Source: an uncultured Acidobacteriota bacterium (GTDB lineage Bacteria > Acidobacteriota > Terriglobia > Terriglobales > Acidobacteriaceae). From it: 64,000 nucleotides of DNA. The stretch spans positions 6,417 through 70,416 of the forward strand of contig CAVRDQ010000138.1 in assembly GCA_963719655.1 (NCBI GenBank), written 5' to 3'. The notes below the pieces were generated by a model. The model saw only the letters and a list, made by a program, of their open reading frames with translations, had not been told where the DNA came from and ran no database searches. This document shows positions 46,022 through 55,212 of the stretch, in pieces (within the stretch, counting starts at the first letter, position 1; each line of letters opens with the position of its first letter). The position numbers and the translations under genes are program-made.

Positions 46022-47644
46022 CTAGGGTTTGGAGCTGGCCAGCTCTGCGCCGGCGGGCATGGATGGGGGCGAGGTGCGCTCGTAGAGCCACCAGTGGCCG
46101 TCGTGGGCGCGGAGTTGGACCTCCGGGAGGGAATCAAACAGCGTCGTCGCCGTGGGTGAGTGCACGACGAAGTATCTGTAGCGCCAGCCATCGTGAAGCT
46201 GCCACTGGAACTGCTCGGGGTGGTACTCAAAGCTGGAGACGCGGACGCGCGGCAGGGCCTGCGGGCGGTAGAGAACAAGATCAACATTGCCGCAGGCGAA
46301 GCTGGGGTCCACCACGCCACCCTGGAGGGCCGCGTACCAGGCGGGAAAGTGCAGGAAGACTCTCGCCTCGAAGACCGGGGAGCGCGTCTCGTAGTTGAGA
46401 GAAAGGGCGCGCTGGTTGGGTTCCATGTGGAGAAGCAGGGTGGCGAAGCCGCGCGATTCGCGCTCGAAGACCTGCATGCGCCAGGCGTACCCGGCGGTCC
46501 AGACGAGGGAGAACACGACAAGAAAAGCGATGGCCAGCGGGCCGCGGCGTCCGGGAGCCTGCGCGGGAGGAACCAGGATGAGAGCGAAGCAGGGCAGGAA
46601 GAAGATGGCAAAGCGCTGGTAAAGCTCCTGGACTCCCAGGATGCCACGCGGCGCCAGCATGGCAAGGGCGAAGCAGAGGCCGGCCAGAACGTAGTAACGG
46701 CGCCGGCGGCGGACTCCGAGCAGGAGGCAGATGGGCACGAGCAGGGCCAGGATGGCAATGGCGGCCGTAAAAGGGCTGGGCAGGCCGGTGATGTCCTGAA
46801 AGAGATTGGGCAGGCGGTCGAGTTCGAGGTCCCAGTCGAGGCGGGCATGGGCCAGGGTGTGGGGATTGGAGGCCACCGAGGCGATCCACCAGATGCCGGC
46901 CGCGAGGATGGCGCAGACGAGCGGCAGCCAGAGACGAAGATCGCGGCGCGACGGGCGTAGCGCGAGGTGATAGGCAAAGGCCAGCGCGACGGTGAAAGCG
47001 GCAATCAGCGCATGGCAGAAGAAGAGGCCAAAGAAGGCCACTACAAGAAGGACGACCCGCGCGACGGTGGGACGGCGAAAGGCGGGCAGGGCGCAGAAGA
47101 GGAAAAACAGAATGCCGAGGGGCGCAGCCGCGAGAAAACCGAGGAAGCCCCACTGGAAGGGGTATCCGTAGAAGGCGGGGATGACGAGAATGGCGAGACG
47201 TGGATCGCTGTGGAACTCCTCCAGCAGGCGGGCAGAGGCCAACAGGATGGCAAGCAGGGCCGCGGAGGCGATGAGCTTGGTTGCAGCCAGGGCTCCGATG
47301 AAGGGCGACAGGAGCAGCAACAGGGCATAGCCAAGCAGGTTGGGAATCAGGGAATGGCGCTCGAACTGGAGCGCGTAAGGCGAGGCGGGATCGGCAAGTG
47401 CTGAGAACAGAGCCGTTTGCGAGGCGTGCTGCGGCGCATCGCACATGGCCGGGAAAGTGGGAATCCAGAGAGGAATGAGCGCAACCAGGCCGAGCAACGC
47501 CACGAAGGCGTACAGGCGGGTACGCCGGGCGGTGGAGACAGATGGGGGAAGCTCTGCCAAAGGGTCCATCGGGTTCTGTAAAGCCTCATGACCGCCCATG
47601 GGCGGCTTGGAGATTTGAATTTGATGGGCCGGGCCGTACGCCAT
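46022..47644 (-). CDS. Polytopic integral membrane protein (>10 TM) with C-terminal soluble domain; function unknown
   Basis: 540 aa with many hydrophobic helices. The C-terminal ~180 aa are non-membrane (…FLHFPAWYAALQGG…WWLYERT). The architecture is reminiscent of lipid-linked glycosyltransferase or polymerase-like proteins, but no motif was recognised. Confidence 0.72.
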   Translation of the reverse strand: MAYGPAHQIQISKPPMGGHEALQNPMDPLAELPPSVSTARRTRLYAFVALLGLVALIPLWIPTFPAMCDAPQHASQTALFSALADPASPYALQFERHSLIPNLLGYALLLLLSPFIGALAATKLIASAALLAILLASARLLEEFHSDPRLAILVIPAFYGYPFQWGFLGFLAAAPLGILFFLFCALPAFRRPTVARVVLLVVAFFGLFFCHALIAAFTVALAFAYHLALRPSRRDLRLWLPLVCAILAAGIWWIASVASNPHTLAHARLDWDLELDRLPNLFQDITGLPSPFTAAIAILALLVPICLLLGVRRRRRYYVLAGLCFALAMLAPRGILGVQELYQRFAIFFLPCFALILVPPAQAPGRRGPLAIAFLVVFSLVWTAGYAWRMQVFERESRGFATLLLHMEPNQRALSLNYETRSPVFEARVFLHFPAWYAALQGGVVDPSFACGNVDLVLYRPQALPRVRVSSFEYHPEQFQWQLHDGWRYRYFVVHSPTATTLFDSLPEVQLRAHDGHWWLYERTSPPSMPAGAELASSKP

Positions 47645-47771
47645 CCACTTAAGTGCTACAAATATACGACAGAATCCTGCGTTGGCGGGGGCTCCAAATT
47701 TGCCGGCAGAAGGCGGATGTGGAGCTCCGGGTTTACCTGCACAAGCAGCTTCACCTTATAATCAATAGGTT

Positions 47772-49016
47772 ATGGCATCTTTTCTTCCTGTTGACGAACA
47801 ACTGGCCTACCTGCGCAAGGGTGCGGTCGAAATCATTCGTGAGAGCGATCTGCGTGAGCGCCTGGAAAAGTCGCTGAAATCCGGCAAGCCGCTGCGCATC
47901 AAGGCCGGCTTTGATCCCACGGCGCCCAACCTCCACCTGGGCCACACCGTGCTGATCCGCAAGCTGAAGCACTTTCAGGACCTCGGCCACACGGTCATCT
48001 TTTTGATTGGCGACGGCACCGGCCTGATTGGCGACCCGACGGGACGCAACGCCACGCGGCCTCCGCTGACGCGCGAGCAACTGGATGCCAACGCCGAGAC
48101 CTACAAGGCGCAGGTCTTCAAGATTCTTGACCCGGTGAAGACCGAGGTGCGCTACAACACCGAGTGGCTGATGAAGCTGACGTACGAGAGCTTTGTGCGT
48201 TTGACCGCCAAGTTCACGGTGAGCCAGATGCTGGAGCGCGAAGACTTCAGCAAGCGCTTCCAGGAAGAAAAGCCAATCAGCGTGCACGAGCTGCTGTATC
48301 CCATGATGCAGGGCTACGACAGCGTGGCCTTGGAGTGCGATGTGGAGCTGGGCGGCACGGACCAGAAATTCAACCTGCTGATGGGACGCAAGCTGCAGGC
48401 CGACTACGGACAGCCAGCGCAGATTGTGCTGACCATGCCGCTGCTGGAGGGGCTGGACGGCGAGAAGAAGATGTCGAAGTCGTATGGCAACTACGTGGGC
48501 ATCACGGAGACGGCCCAGGAGATGTTCGGCAAGCTGATGAGCGTGAGCGATCCGCTGATGTGGCGCTACTACGAGCTGCTGACCGACCTGACCGTTGCCG
48601 AGATTGAAAAGCTGAAGGCCGACGTTGCGGCCGGCGCGCTGCATCCGATGCGGGCGAAGAAGGATTTGGCGAAACGCATCATCGCCGATTTCCATTCGGC
48701 GGCAGAGGCCGAGGCTGCGGAAGAGAATTGGGCGCGGCAGTTCCAGAAAGATGAAGTGCCGGAAAATCTGGAAGAGATTACGCTGGCGGCCGCTGAGTTG
48801 GGCACCGTGGAAGGCTCGAAGGCGAAGGTGAACCTGGGCAAGGTTCTGGCGCAGGCCGGGTTGGCGGAGAGCAACAGCGACGCGCAGAGGAAGATCAAGG
48901 CGGGCTCGCTGAAAATTGATGGCGAGGCGTGCAAAGAACTGTTTTTGGAAATTGAGCTGGGCGCGGCGAAGGTCTTCCGCGTGGGGCGCAAGATGAAGAA
49001 GGTAACTGTTCTTTAA
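47772..49016 (+). CDS. tyrS: Tyrosine--tRNA ligase
   Basis: 414 aa. HIGH-type motif PNLHLGH, KMSKS motif KMSKSYGN, and a C-terminal S4-like domain. Confidence 0.95.
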   Translation: MASFLPVDEQLAYLRKGAVEIIRESDLRERLEKSLKSGKPLRIKAGFDPTAPNLHLGHTVLIRKLKHFQDLGHTVIFLIGDGTGLIGDPTGRNATRPPLTREQLDANAETYKAQVFKILDPVKTEVRYNTEWLMKLTYESFVRLTAKFTVSQMLEREDFSKRFQEEKPISVHELLYPMMQGYDSVALECDVELGGTDQKFNLLMGRKLQADYGQPAQIVLTMPLLEGLDGEKKMSKSYGNYVGITETAQEMFGKLMSVSDPLMWRYYELLTDLTVAEIEKLKADVAAGALHPMRAKKDLAKRIIADFHSAAEAEAAEENWARQFQKDEVPENLEEITLAAAELGTVEGSKAKVNLGKVLAQAGLAESNSDAQRKIKAGSLKIDGEACKELFLEIELGAAKVFRVGRKMKKVTVL

Positions 49017-49034
49017 AGGGTTAAGAGCAAGAGC

Positions 49035-49076
49035 AATGCCTCCGGCGATGGACGATGCCGGAGGCATTCGCTTTAT
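49035..49076 (+). terminator. Rho-independent terminator after tyrS
   Basis: Perfect 12-bp stem aatgcctccggc / gccggaggcatt, loop gatggacgat, followed by cgctttat. Confidence 0.65.
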
Positions 49077-49086
49077 ACTGTCCCCT

Positions 49087-49344
49087 ATGTTCTCCCGCAG
49101 GATTCGCGTTGAGTACGACGAGGCTGGCGTGTCCACCTTGGCGCCGCTGAAGTGGCTGGATAACTTCGCCATGCGCAGCTTTACCAACGATTCCGTCTTT
49201 GACGACACCCTGCCGGTGGCCGACGGATTGATTGAGATTGGCACGCGGGTGCCGCTGGCGCTGCTGGACGAACGCATGACCGATTGGTTCCGTCGCAAGG
49301 GATACTTGAAGGCGGGCGAGGGGCTAAAGCTGCGGGAGTTGTAG
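49087..49344 (+). CDS. Hypothetical protein (85 aa)
   Basis: ATG 49087 lies downstream of the tyrS terminator; the track start at 49036 lies inside the hairpin. Third positions are G/C-rich. No family recognised. Confidence 0.45.
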   Translation: MFSRRIRVEYDEAGVSTLAPLKWLDNFAMRSFTNDSVFDDTLPVADGLIEIGTRVPLALLDERMTDWFRRKGYLKAGEGLKLREL

Positions 49345-49397
49345 CGCTTACGCTGACGATAGGGGTCCTTCGACTGCGGCGACGCGCTGGCGCGCAT

Positions 49398-49487
49398 CGC
49401 CTTCGCTCAGGATGACAGCGTAGAAGCAACGGCAAGAGCAAGGTCAACTACCCCACCCTAGCAACAACGGCTAGGATGGGGCACCCG
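49398..49487 (-). repeat. Composite intergenic repeat (inverted copy of the 33672-33839 elements)
   Basis: cgccttcgctcaggatgacagc is the reverse complement of the catcctgagcg core. 49432-49487 is the reverse complement of cgggtgccccatcctagccgttgttgctagggtggggtagttg..cttgctcttgc. Confidence 0.85.
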
Positions 49488-49557
49488 CGCCACGAATCAA
49501 CTGCGAAGCGCAATTATCCGGAGCGGCAAACTCCAAACGTATAATCAAACCTCTGCC

Positions 49558-51366
49558 ATGGCACAGGAATGCGAGGACGATCGTCGCACGCCGCGGCCCG
49601 CGCTCTGCGTGGGGCTGATCGTGCTGCTGTGGCTGGTGCTGTATGGGCCGGGAGTGTGGACTCCGCCGCTGTTGGACGACGCCGACAGTGTGCACGCCGA
49701 GGCCGCGCGAGAGATGATGCAGCGCGGCGACTGGAGCACTCTGTACGTCAACGGGCTGCGGTACCTGGAGAAGGCTCCGCTGCTGTATTGGGCGATGGCC
49801 ACAAGCTACCGGGCGTTTGGCGTGACGGATTGGGCGGCGCGGCTGCCGCTGTGCCTGGGCGTGCTGTGGCTGCTGCTGGCGGCGTGGGCGGTGGGGCGGC
49901 ATCACTTTGATGATGCCGCAGGACTGTACGCGGCGCTGGCCATGGGGCTGTCGTTTGGACCCTACATTTACACGCGGATTCTGATTCCTGACATATTGGT
50001 TGCCTTGTGGCTGTTGCTGGGCGTGCATTGCTTCCTGCTGACCTTTGAAGGCCATCGGCCATCCCGCGCGGCGTGCTGGGGACTGGCCGTGACCGCGGCC
50101 TTGAATGTGCTGACCAAGGGACTGATCGGAGTGGTGTTTCCCGCGGCGATTGTTGTGATTTATCTGCTCATCACGCGCAACCTGCGCCACCTGCTGCGCA
50201 TGCGGCTCGGGTCGAGCACGGCGATATTTTTACTGGTGGCCGCACCGTGGCACGTTGTGGCTTCCCTGAGGAATCCCGCGGCCGGCGCGGCAAGGGGATT
50301 CTTCTGGTTCTACTTCATCAACGAACATTTTCTGCGTTACCTGGATAAGCGGTTTCCGCGGGATTACGACACGGTGCCGCTGCTGCTTTTCTGGGCGCTG
50401 GCCGTGCTGTTTCTGCTGCCGTGGACGGCCTTTCTGTGGAAGGCTCTGCGGGCAGTGTCGTGGCGCGGGCGTGACGCTGCCACAACTGCGGGCCGTGCGC
50501 TGCTGGTGATGGCCGTGGCGGTGCTGGTGGTGATGGGCTTTTTCAGCTTCAGCACGCGGCAGGAGTATTACGTGCTGCCTGCGTTGCCGATGCTGGCGCT
50601 GATTGTGGGCGCGTGGATGAGCCGCGAGGAACGGTCTGCGATCGGGTCTCCGGAGCGGCGCAGCGGACGGCGCGTTGCCGCCAGCGTGGCCGTGGTGTGC
50701 TGCGCGCTGGGCGCGGCCATGTGGGCGCTACTGTGGTGGGCGCAAAGGGTTCCACCGCAGAGCGAACTGGCCGAGCTGCTGACCCGCAATCCGCAGGAGT
50801 ACGCGCTGAGCTTCGGCCACATCTTCGACTTGACGCCACGTGCGATGGGGTTGTTTCGCCCCGAGCTGATGGCGCTGGGCGTGGCCCTGCCCGTGGGCGG
50901 CGTGTTGTGCTGGTGGTGGCGGCGTGGCGGTCGGGTGATGTTGTCCAACATGGCGCTGGCGGTGATGATGCTGGTGTCACTGGGGGCGGTGCATGCGGCG
51001 CTGGTGAAGTTTGCGCCCATCCTTGGCTCGCGGGCGCTGAGCGACGCGCTGGTCGAGCGCTGGCAACCGGGCGACGTGGTAGTGGTGAACGGCGCGTACG
51101 AGGATGCCTCGACGTTAAGCTTTTATGGACACCTGCCGCTGCACGTGCTGAACTCACGCGAGAACGGCAACCTGTACTATGGCTCGCTGTTTCCGGACGC
51201 TCCGCAGGTATTTGAAGATGACGCCAGCTTCGCGCGGCTATGGAACGGCGGTGGGCGCGTCTACGTCTTCAGCCAGGAGAGCGAACTGCCGGCGATGCTG
51301 CGCAAGGGTGGGTACAAATTGGTGGCGCGCAGCGGAGGAAAGATGATCGTGGTGAACGGGCGTTGA
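49558..51366 (+). CDS. ArnT/PMT-like glycosyltransferase family 39 membrane protein
   Basis: 602 aa, polytopic. The N-terminal loop PPLLDDADSVHAEAAREMMQRGDWSTLYVNGLRYLEKAPLLYW is typical of the ArnT/PMT_2 family. Confidence 0.86.
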   Translation: MAQECEDDRRTPRPALCVGLIVLLWLVLYGPGVWTPPLLDDADSVHAEAAREMMQRGDWSTLYVNGLRYLEKAPLLYWAMATSYRAFGVTDWAARLPLCLGVLWLLLAAWAVGRHHFDDAAGLYAALAMGLSFGPYIYTRILIPDILVALWLLLGVHCFLLTFEGHRPSRAACWGLAVTAALNVLTKGLIGVVFPAAIVVIYLLITRNLRHLLRMRLGSSTAIFLLVAAPWHVVASLRNPAAGAARGFFWFYFINEHFLRYLDKRFPRDYDTVPLLLFWALAVLFLLPWTAFLWKALRAVSWRGRDAATTAGRALLVMAVAVLVVMGFFSFSTRQEYYVLPALPMLALIVGAWMSREERSAIGSPERRSGRRVAASVAVVCCALGAAMWALLWWAQRVPPQSELAELLTRNPQEYALSFGHIFDLTPRAMGLFRPELMALGVALPVGGVLCWWWRRGGRVMLSNMALAVMMLVSLGAVHAALVKFAPILGSRALSDALVERWQPGDVVVVNGAYEDASTLSFYGHLPLHVLNSRENGNLYYGSLFPDAPQVFEDDASFARLWNGGGRVYVFSQESELPAMLRKGGYKLVARSGGKMIVVNGR

Positions 51367-52652
51367 TGACTACTTCAGCATTTATCCCAGTGCTATTTGT
51401 CCCCGGTTTGCTGCCGCAGGTGCCGATGATTATGTGGATACTCGGGTTGGGCGTGGCCGTGGGTGGAACGGTGGCTTCGACCATCTCACTGGCGCTGGCA
51501 ATGGTGGCGGCCCGGGGCTTCCGCAAACGGATTGAGCAGGACGATGCCGCGCGGGGAGTTCAGCAGAACGCGCATGGTGAGAACTTGCAGAGCGCGCCGC
51601 GGGTAACCGTGCTGAAGCCTCTGCATGGCAGCGAGCCGCGGCTGGAAGAAAACCTGGAGAGCTTTTTCCGCCAGCAGTATGCAAACTACGAGATCATCTT
51701 CGGCTGCCGCAGCCAGGACGATGCTGCGGTGGAGGTTGTACGGCGGCTGCGTGAGCGCTATCCGCTGGTTTCGGCGACGCTGGTCTTCAGCGGAGAGCCG
51801 CGATGGCCGAGCGCCAAGGTGTGGTCGCTGGAGAAGATGATCTCGCGCGCAACCGGTGACGTGCTGGTGATCAGCGACAGCGACATATTGGTGGAAGAGG
51901 ATTTTCTGCGCCGCGTGGTCGCGCCATTTGTCACGCCTTTTGCCGAGCCGAAGGTGGGGCTGGTGACGTGCCTCTATCGCGGCATTCCCGCCAGCGGGGT
52001 GTGGTCGTCGCTTGAGGCGCTGGGCATGAGCGTGGAGATGCCGAGCGGCGTGCTGACGGCCGAGATGCTGGAGGGGATGCGCTTTGCCCTGGGCGCGGTG
52101 ATGGCCGTGCGGCGCGAGGCGCTGGTGAAGATTGGCGGCATACGCGTGGCCGCCGAGTATTACTCCGATGATTTTGTGCTGGGCGCGCGCGTTGCCGGGG
52201 AAGGCTACCAGGTGCAGCTGAGCACGGTGCGCGTGGGCCATGTGCTGGCCGAGACCAGCCTGCGGCGCTCCTTGGGCGGGCAACTGCGCTGGATGCAGAG
52301 CACAAGGTATTCGCGTCCGTGGGGGCATCTTGGCACGGGGCTGACCTTCGGCACGCCATTCGGATTGCTGGGGCTGGCGATGGGCTTCGGCATGGGTTGG
52401 GGGTGGTTCGGCGTGGCGCTGTTTGCGTGGAGCTGGCTGAGCCGCATGTGGCAGTCGGCGTACGTGGGCGGGCGGGTGATTGGCGACCGGCGCGCGTGGA
52501 AGCTCTGCTGGCTGTATCCCGTGCGCGACCTTTTGGGATTTTGCCTGTGGGTGGCGAGCTACGCGGGCGGCAGCGCGTTCTACTGGCGCGGAGAGCGCTA
52601 TCTGTTTACTCCCGGCGGAAGGATTGTGGCCGTGGGGAGGAGTAAGCGCTAG
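51366..52652 (+). CDS. Membrane glycosyltransferase, GT2 clan / GT21 (ceramide glucosyltransferase, HpnI-like) type
   Basis: ATG 51366 overlaps the upstream TGA (TGATG). VTVLKPLHGSEP...YEIIFGC...VISDSDILV...GLVTCLYRG...QLRWMQSTR are family-typical motifs. Confidence 0.82.
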   Translation: MTTSAFIPVLFVPGLLPQVPMIMWILGLGVAVGGTVASTISLALAMVAARGFRKRIEQDDAARGVQQNAHGENLQSAPRVTVLKPLHGSEPRLEENLESFFRQQYANYEIIFGCRSQDDAAVEVVRRLRERYPLVSATLVFSGEPRWPSAKVWSLEKMISRATGDVLVISDSDILVEEDFLRRVVAPFVTPFAEPKVGLVTCLYRGIPASGVWSSLEALGMSVEMPSGVLTAEMLEGMRFALGAVMAVRREALVKIGGIRVAAEYYSDDFVLGARVAGEGYQVQLSTVRVGHVLAETSLRRSLGGQLRWMQSTRYSRPWGHLGTGLTFGTPFGLLGLAMGFGMGWGWFGVALFAWSWLSRMWQSAYVGGRVIGDRRAWKLCWLYPVRDLLGFCLWVASYAGGSAFYWRGERYLFTPGGRIVAVGRSKR

Positions 52653-53803
52653 GCCTTGGTCAGGCGTCCGTCTTTCAGGTGGAATCGCTCGCCGCGCCAG
52701 AGGATGGTGTTGCCGGCGAAGCTGGCAAACCAGATGCCGAGGCCGATCGCGTCGCGCAGGGGAACCAGCCAGAGATCGCGCAGGGCGTGGCGGTCATGCA
52801 GGATTGGCCCGGCGAGCAGGGCGGCCGAGGCGAAGCGCGCCGCAGCGACGATCCCCAACAGAATTAAGGACCACGCGGCACCCGAGGCGCAGAGTGCGGC
52901 CAGCAGTGCCCAGGGCAGGGCGAAGGTCATCAGCAGGCCGAGGTAGCCCCACTTGCGCAGGTCGCGCACGGTGCGGGCCCAGCGAAGTTGATGCTGAATC
53001 ATGGCGCCCCAGCCGTAGCCGGGCAGGAAGGTTTCCACCACAACGTCACTCAGAATGCAGCGATAGCCCCTGGCGGCGATCATCTTGCCGAGCTCGTGAT
53101 CGTCGGCGAGGTGGTCGAGGAGCGCCTCAAGGCCTCCGATGGACTGGCAGGCCGCGCGCGGGAAGGCCAGCGTGCTGCCCAGTCCGAAGTGCAGGCCGCC
53201 CTCCATCTGGCGCGCGCAAAGGACGCCGCCGGCGAAGTCGGTGGCGATGGTGATGGCCTCGACGCGGCTGGCCAGGCTGCCGCCGCTGTTGGCGCGGTAG
53301 AGGCAGGTGACCAGTCCGACCTGTGGATCGCGCATGGGGGCCACGATGCGGCGGAGGTAGTCGGGCGCGACGCGAATATCGCTGTCGTTGATGAGAATAA
53401 AGTCGTGCGCGGCGTGGGGGAGCATCTGCGCCAGGGTGCTGACCTTGCGGTTGCTGCCCAGCTCATCGGTGCACAGCAGCAGGCGGATGCGGCGCGCGGG
53501 GAATTCACGCTGCAGGCGCTCGACCTCGGCGATGGCCTCGTCGTCGGCGCGGCTGACGCCGAAGAGAATCTCGTAGTCGGGATAGTCCTGCAGACAGTGC
53601 GAGCGGAAGCCCTCGTACATTTGGCGGTCGGTGCCGCGCAGGGGCTTCAGGATGCTGATGGGCGGAGTGAAATCCGCGGGCGCCGGGCGCGGCTCGGTCA
53701 GCCAGCGCAGCTCGCTCCACAGGCTGAGGCCGAGGTAGCCGAGGCCGCAGGCGGCGAGCAGGGCAAAGGGCCAGGCCGCGTATTGGAGGAGTTGAGTGAG
53801 CAT
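52649..53803 (-). CDS. Membrane glycosyltransferase, GT21 (HpnI-like) type, paralogue of 51366-52652
   Basis: 384 aa. ISILKPLRGTD...YEILFGV...LINDSDIRV...GLVTCLYRA...QLRWARTVR. Its stop codon overlaps the stop of the convergent paralogue in the palindrome ctag. Confidence 0.82.
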   Translation of the reverse strand: MLTQLLQYAAWPFALLAACGLGYLGLSLWSELRWLTEPRPAPADFTPPISILKPLRGTDRQMYEGFRSHCLQDYPDYEILFGVSRADDEAIAEVERLQREFPARRIRLLLCTDELGSNRKVSTLAQMLPHAAHDFILINDSDIRVAPDYLRRIVAPMRDPQVGLVTCLYRANSGGSLASRVEAITIATDFAGGVLCARQMEGGLHFGLGSTLAFPRAACQSIGGLEALLDHLADDHELGKMIAARGYRCILSDVVVETFLPGYGWGAMIQHQLRWARTVRDLRKWGYLGLLMTFALPWALLAALCASGAAWSLILLGIVAAARFASAALLAGPILHDRHALRDLWLVPLRDAIGLGIWFASFAGNTILWRGERFHLKDGRLTKA

Positions 53804-53915
53804 TGCCGCCCTTGAGCTTACCGGACGCGGCGCGGGGCTCCAAGTGCGGGGGCGGATTCCTTCTTTTCCGGGGCGGAGCTTTCAGGCATACTCAAGAGGG
53901 TTGACGAGGAGCCGG

Positions 53916-54254
53916 ATGATGAAGATCCGTCCATGGCACGGGGTTGCGCTGGTGGTGTGGCTGGGAGCCTGCGGAGCCATTTTCTTGCAGAATTACCGGG
54001 TCACCGAGGGGCGCAAGACCTTTGAAGGGCTGAGCTGTCCGAGCTGTCATCTGGCGGGCGGCGCGCCGTCGCTGGAGCACGTGGGCAACAAGTACGACCG
54101 CGCCACCATCAAGGAGTTCATCACCAACCCGGACGCGGTATACGAGCGCAAGGGGAAGCGGCCGCTGAACGTGGGTTACGTGACCATGCCCAAGCCGAAG
54201 GCCACGCCGCATCAGATTGAGATGATTTCGTATTTTCTGGCGGCGCAGCAGTAG
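53916..54254 (+). CDS. Membrane-anchored mono-haem c-type cytochrome
   Basis: ATG 53916 follows gagga. Has an N-terminal TM helix and the haem motif CPSCH. Candidate distal Met in YVTMPKP. Confidence 0.72.
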   Translation: MMKIRPWHGVALVVWLGACGAIFLQNYRVTEGRKTFEGLSCPSCHLAGGAPSLEHVGNKYDRATIKEFITNPDAVYERKGKRPLNVGYVTMPKPKATPHQIEMISYFLAAQQ

Positions 54255-54322
54255 GTGCCGGGTTTTCTGTGATTCGATGCCGAGCAGCGGTTTTTAACCT
54301 TTTGGATTGTGAGGACTTGTAA

Positions 54323-54652
54323 GTGGGCCGTTCCTGGAAGTGGATCATCCTGTTGCCGATTGCGGTGTTTGCCGTGTGGGCCGCCGTTCACACCTACCAA
54401 CTGGAAGTTGGCAAGGAGAGTTTTGCGCGGCTGGGCTGCGCCAGTTGCCACTTGAGCGGCGGCGGACCGAACCTGGCCCGCATTCTGCCGCAGTACGACG
54501 AAAAGACGGTGGTGGATTTCATCCGCGACCCCGAGGCCGTTTACAAGAGGCTGGGACGCAAGCCTTTGAATCCCGGCTTCGGCGTGATGCACCGGGTGAA
54601 CGCCACGGATTTTGAAGTGAACTCCATGGCCAAGTATCTGAAGACCTGGTAA
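54323..54652 (+). CDS. Membrane-anchored mono-haem c-type cytochrome, paralogue of 53916-54254
   Basis: 109 aa with a GTG start, a TM helix and the haem motif CASCH. Shares F(I)xDPEAVYxRxGxKPLN with its upstream neighbour. Confidence 0.68.
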   Translation: MGRSWKWIILLPIAVFAVWAAVHTYQLEVGKESFARLGCASCHLSGGGPNLARILPQYDEKTVVDFIRDPEAVYKRLGRKPLNPGFGVMHRVNATDFEVNSMAKYLKTW

Positions 54653-54720
54653 CGGCTTGCGGAGTTCCCGGATCCTGCGGCGGGTGAGGCTGCGGGGTAG
54701 GATTAGCAAAGAGGCTTGCC

Positions 54721-55212
54721 ATGAAGCTGCGATGTCTGCTGATGATCATGCTGCTGGCCTCGGCCGCGATGGCGCAGGAGGCTGCGCGGCCGGTGGTGTC
54801 CACCAAGGCACGCCTGATGAATGCGCGCACCATCTTCATCACCCACTCCGGCGGCAGCATTCCCAACGACATTATTGACGAGGCCTTCCACGGCTGGGGA
54901 CGGTATCGCGTGGTGAATCGCCGCGAGGATGCCGACATGGTGGTGAGTATCGAAGGCGTGCTGGCCAACTCCGGCTTTGAGGTCAGCGGCGGCGGCCCCG
55001 GAGGTACGCGGCGTGAGATTGTCGTCAACGGCGCGGTCACCAGCATCCGGCTCTTCATTCGGGACGCCCACGACGGCGCCGTCCTGTGGGCGGGCCGGGA
55101 GCTGCCCAAGAGCACGCACAAGGGCGACAGCCGGGAGGATCGCGAGGTCGAGGCATCGCTGCGCCTCTTCCGGAGCTTCCGCGAGTACATTGAGCCGGAG
55201 CCCAAGCCCTGA
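54721..55212 (+). CDS. Secreted hypothetical protein
   Basis: 163 aa with the signal peptide MKLRCLLMIMLLASAAMAQE. No recognised family. Confidence 0.6.
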   Translation: MKLRCLLMIMLLASAAMAQEAARPVVSTKARLMNARTIFITHSGGSIPNDIIDEAFHGWGRYRVVNRREDADMVVSIEGVLANSGFEVSGGGPGGTRREIVVNGAVTSIRLFIRDAHDGAVLWAGRELPKSTHKGDSREDREVEASLRLFRSFREYIEPEPKP

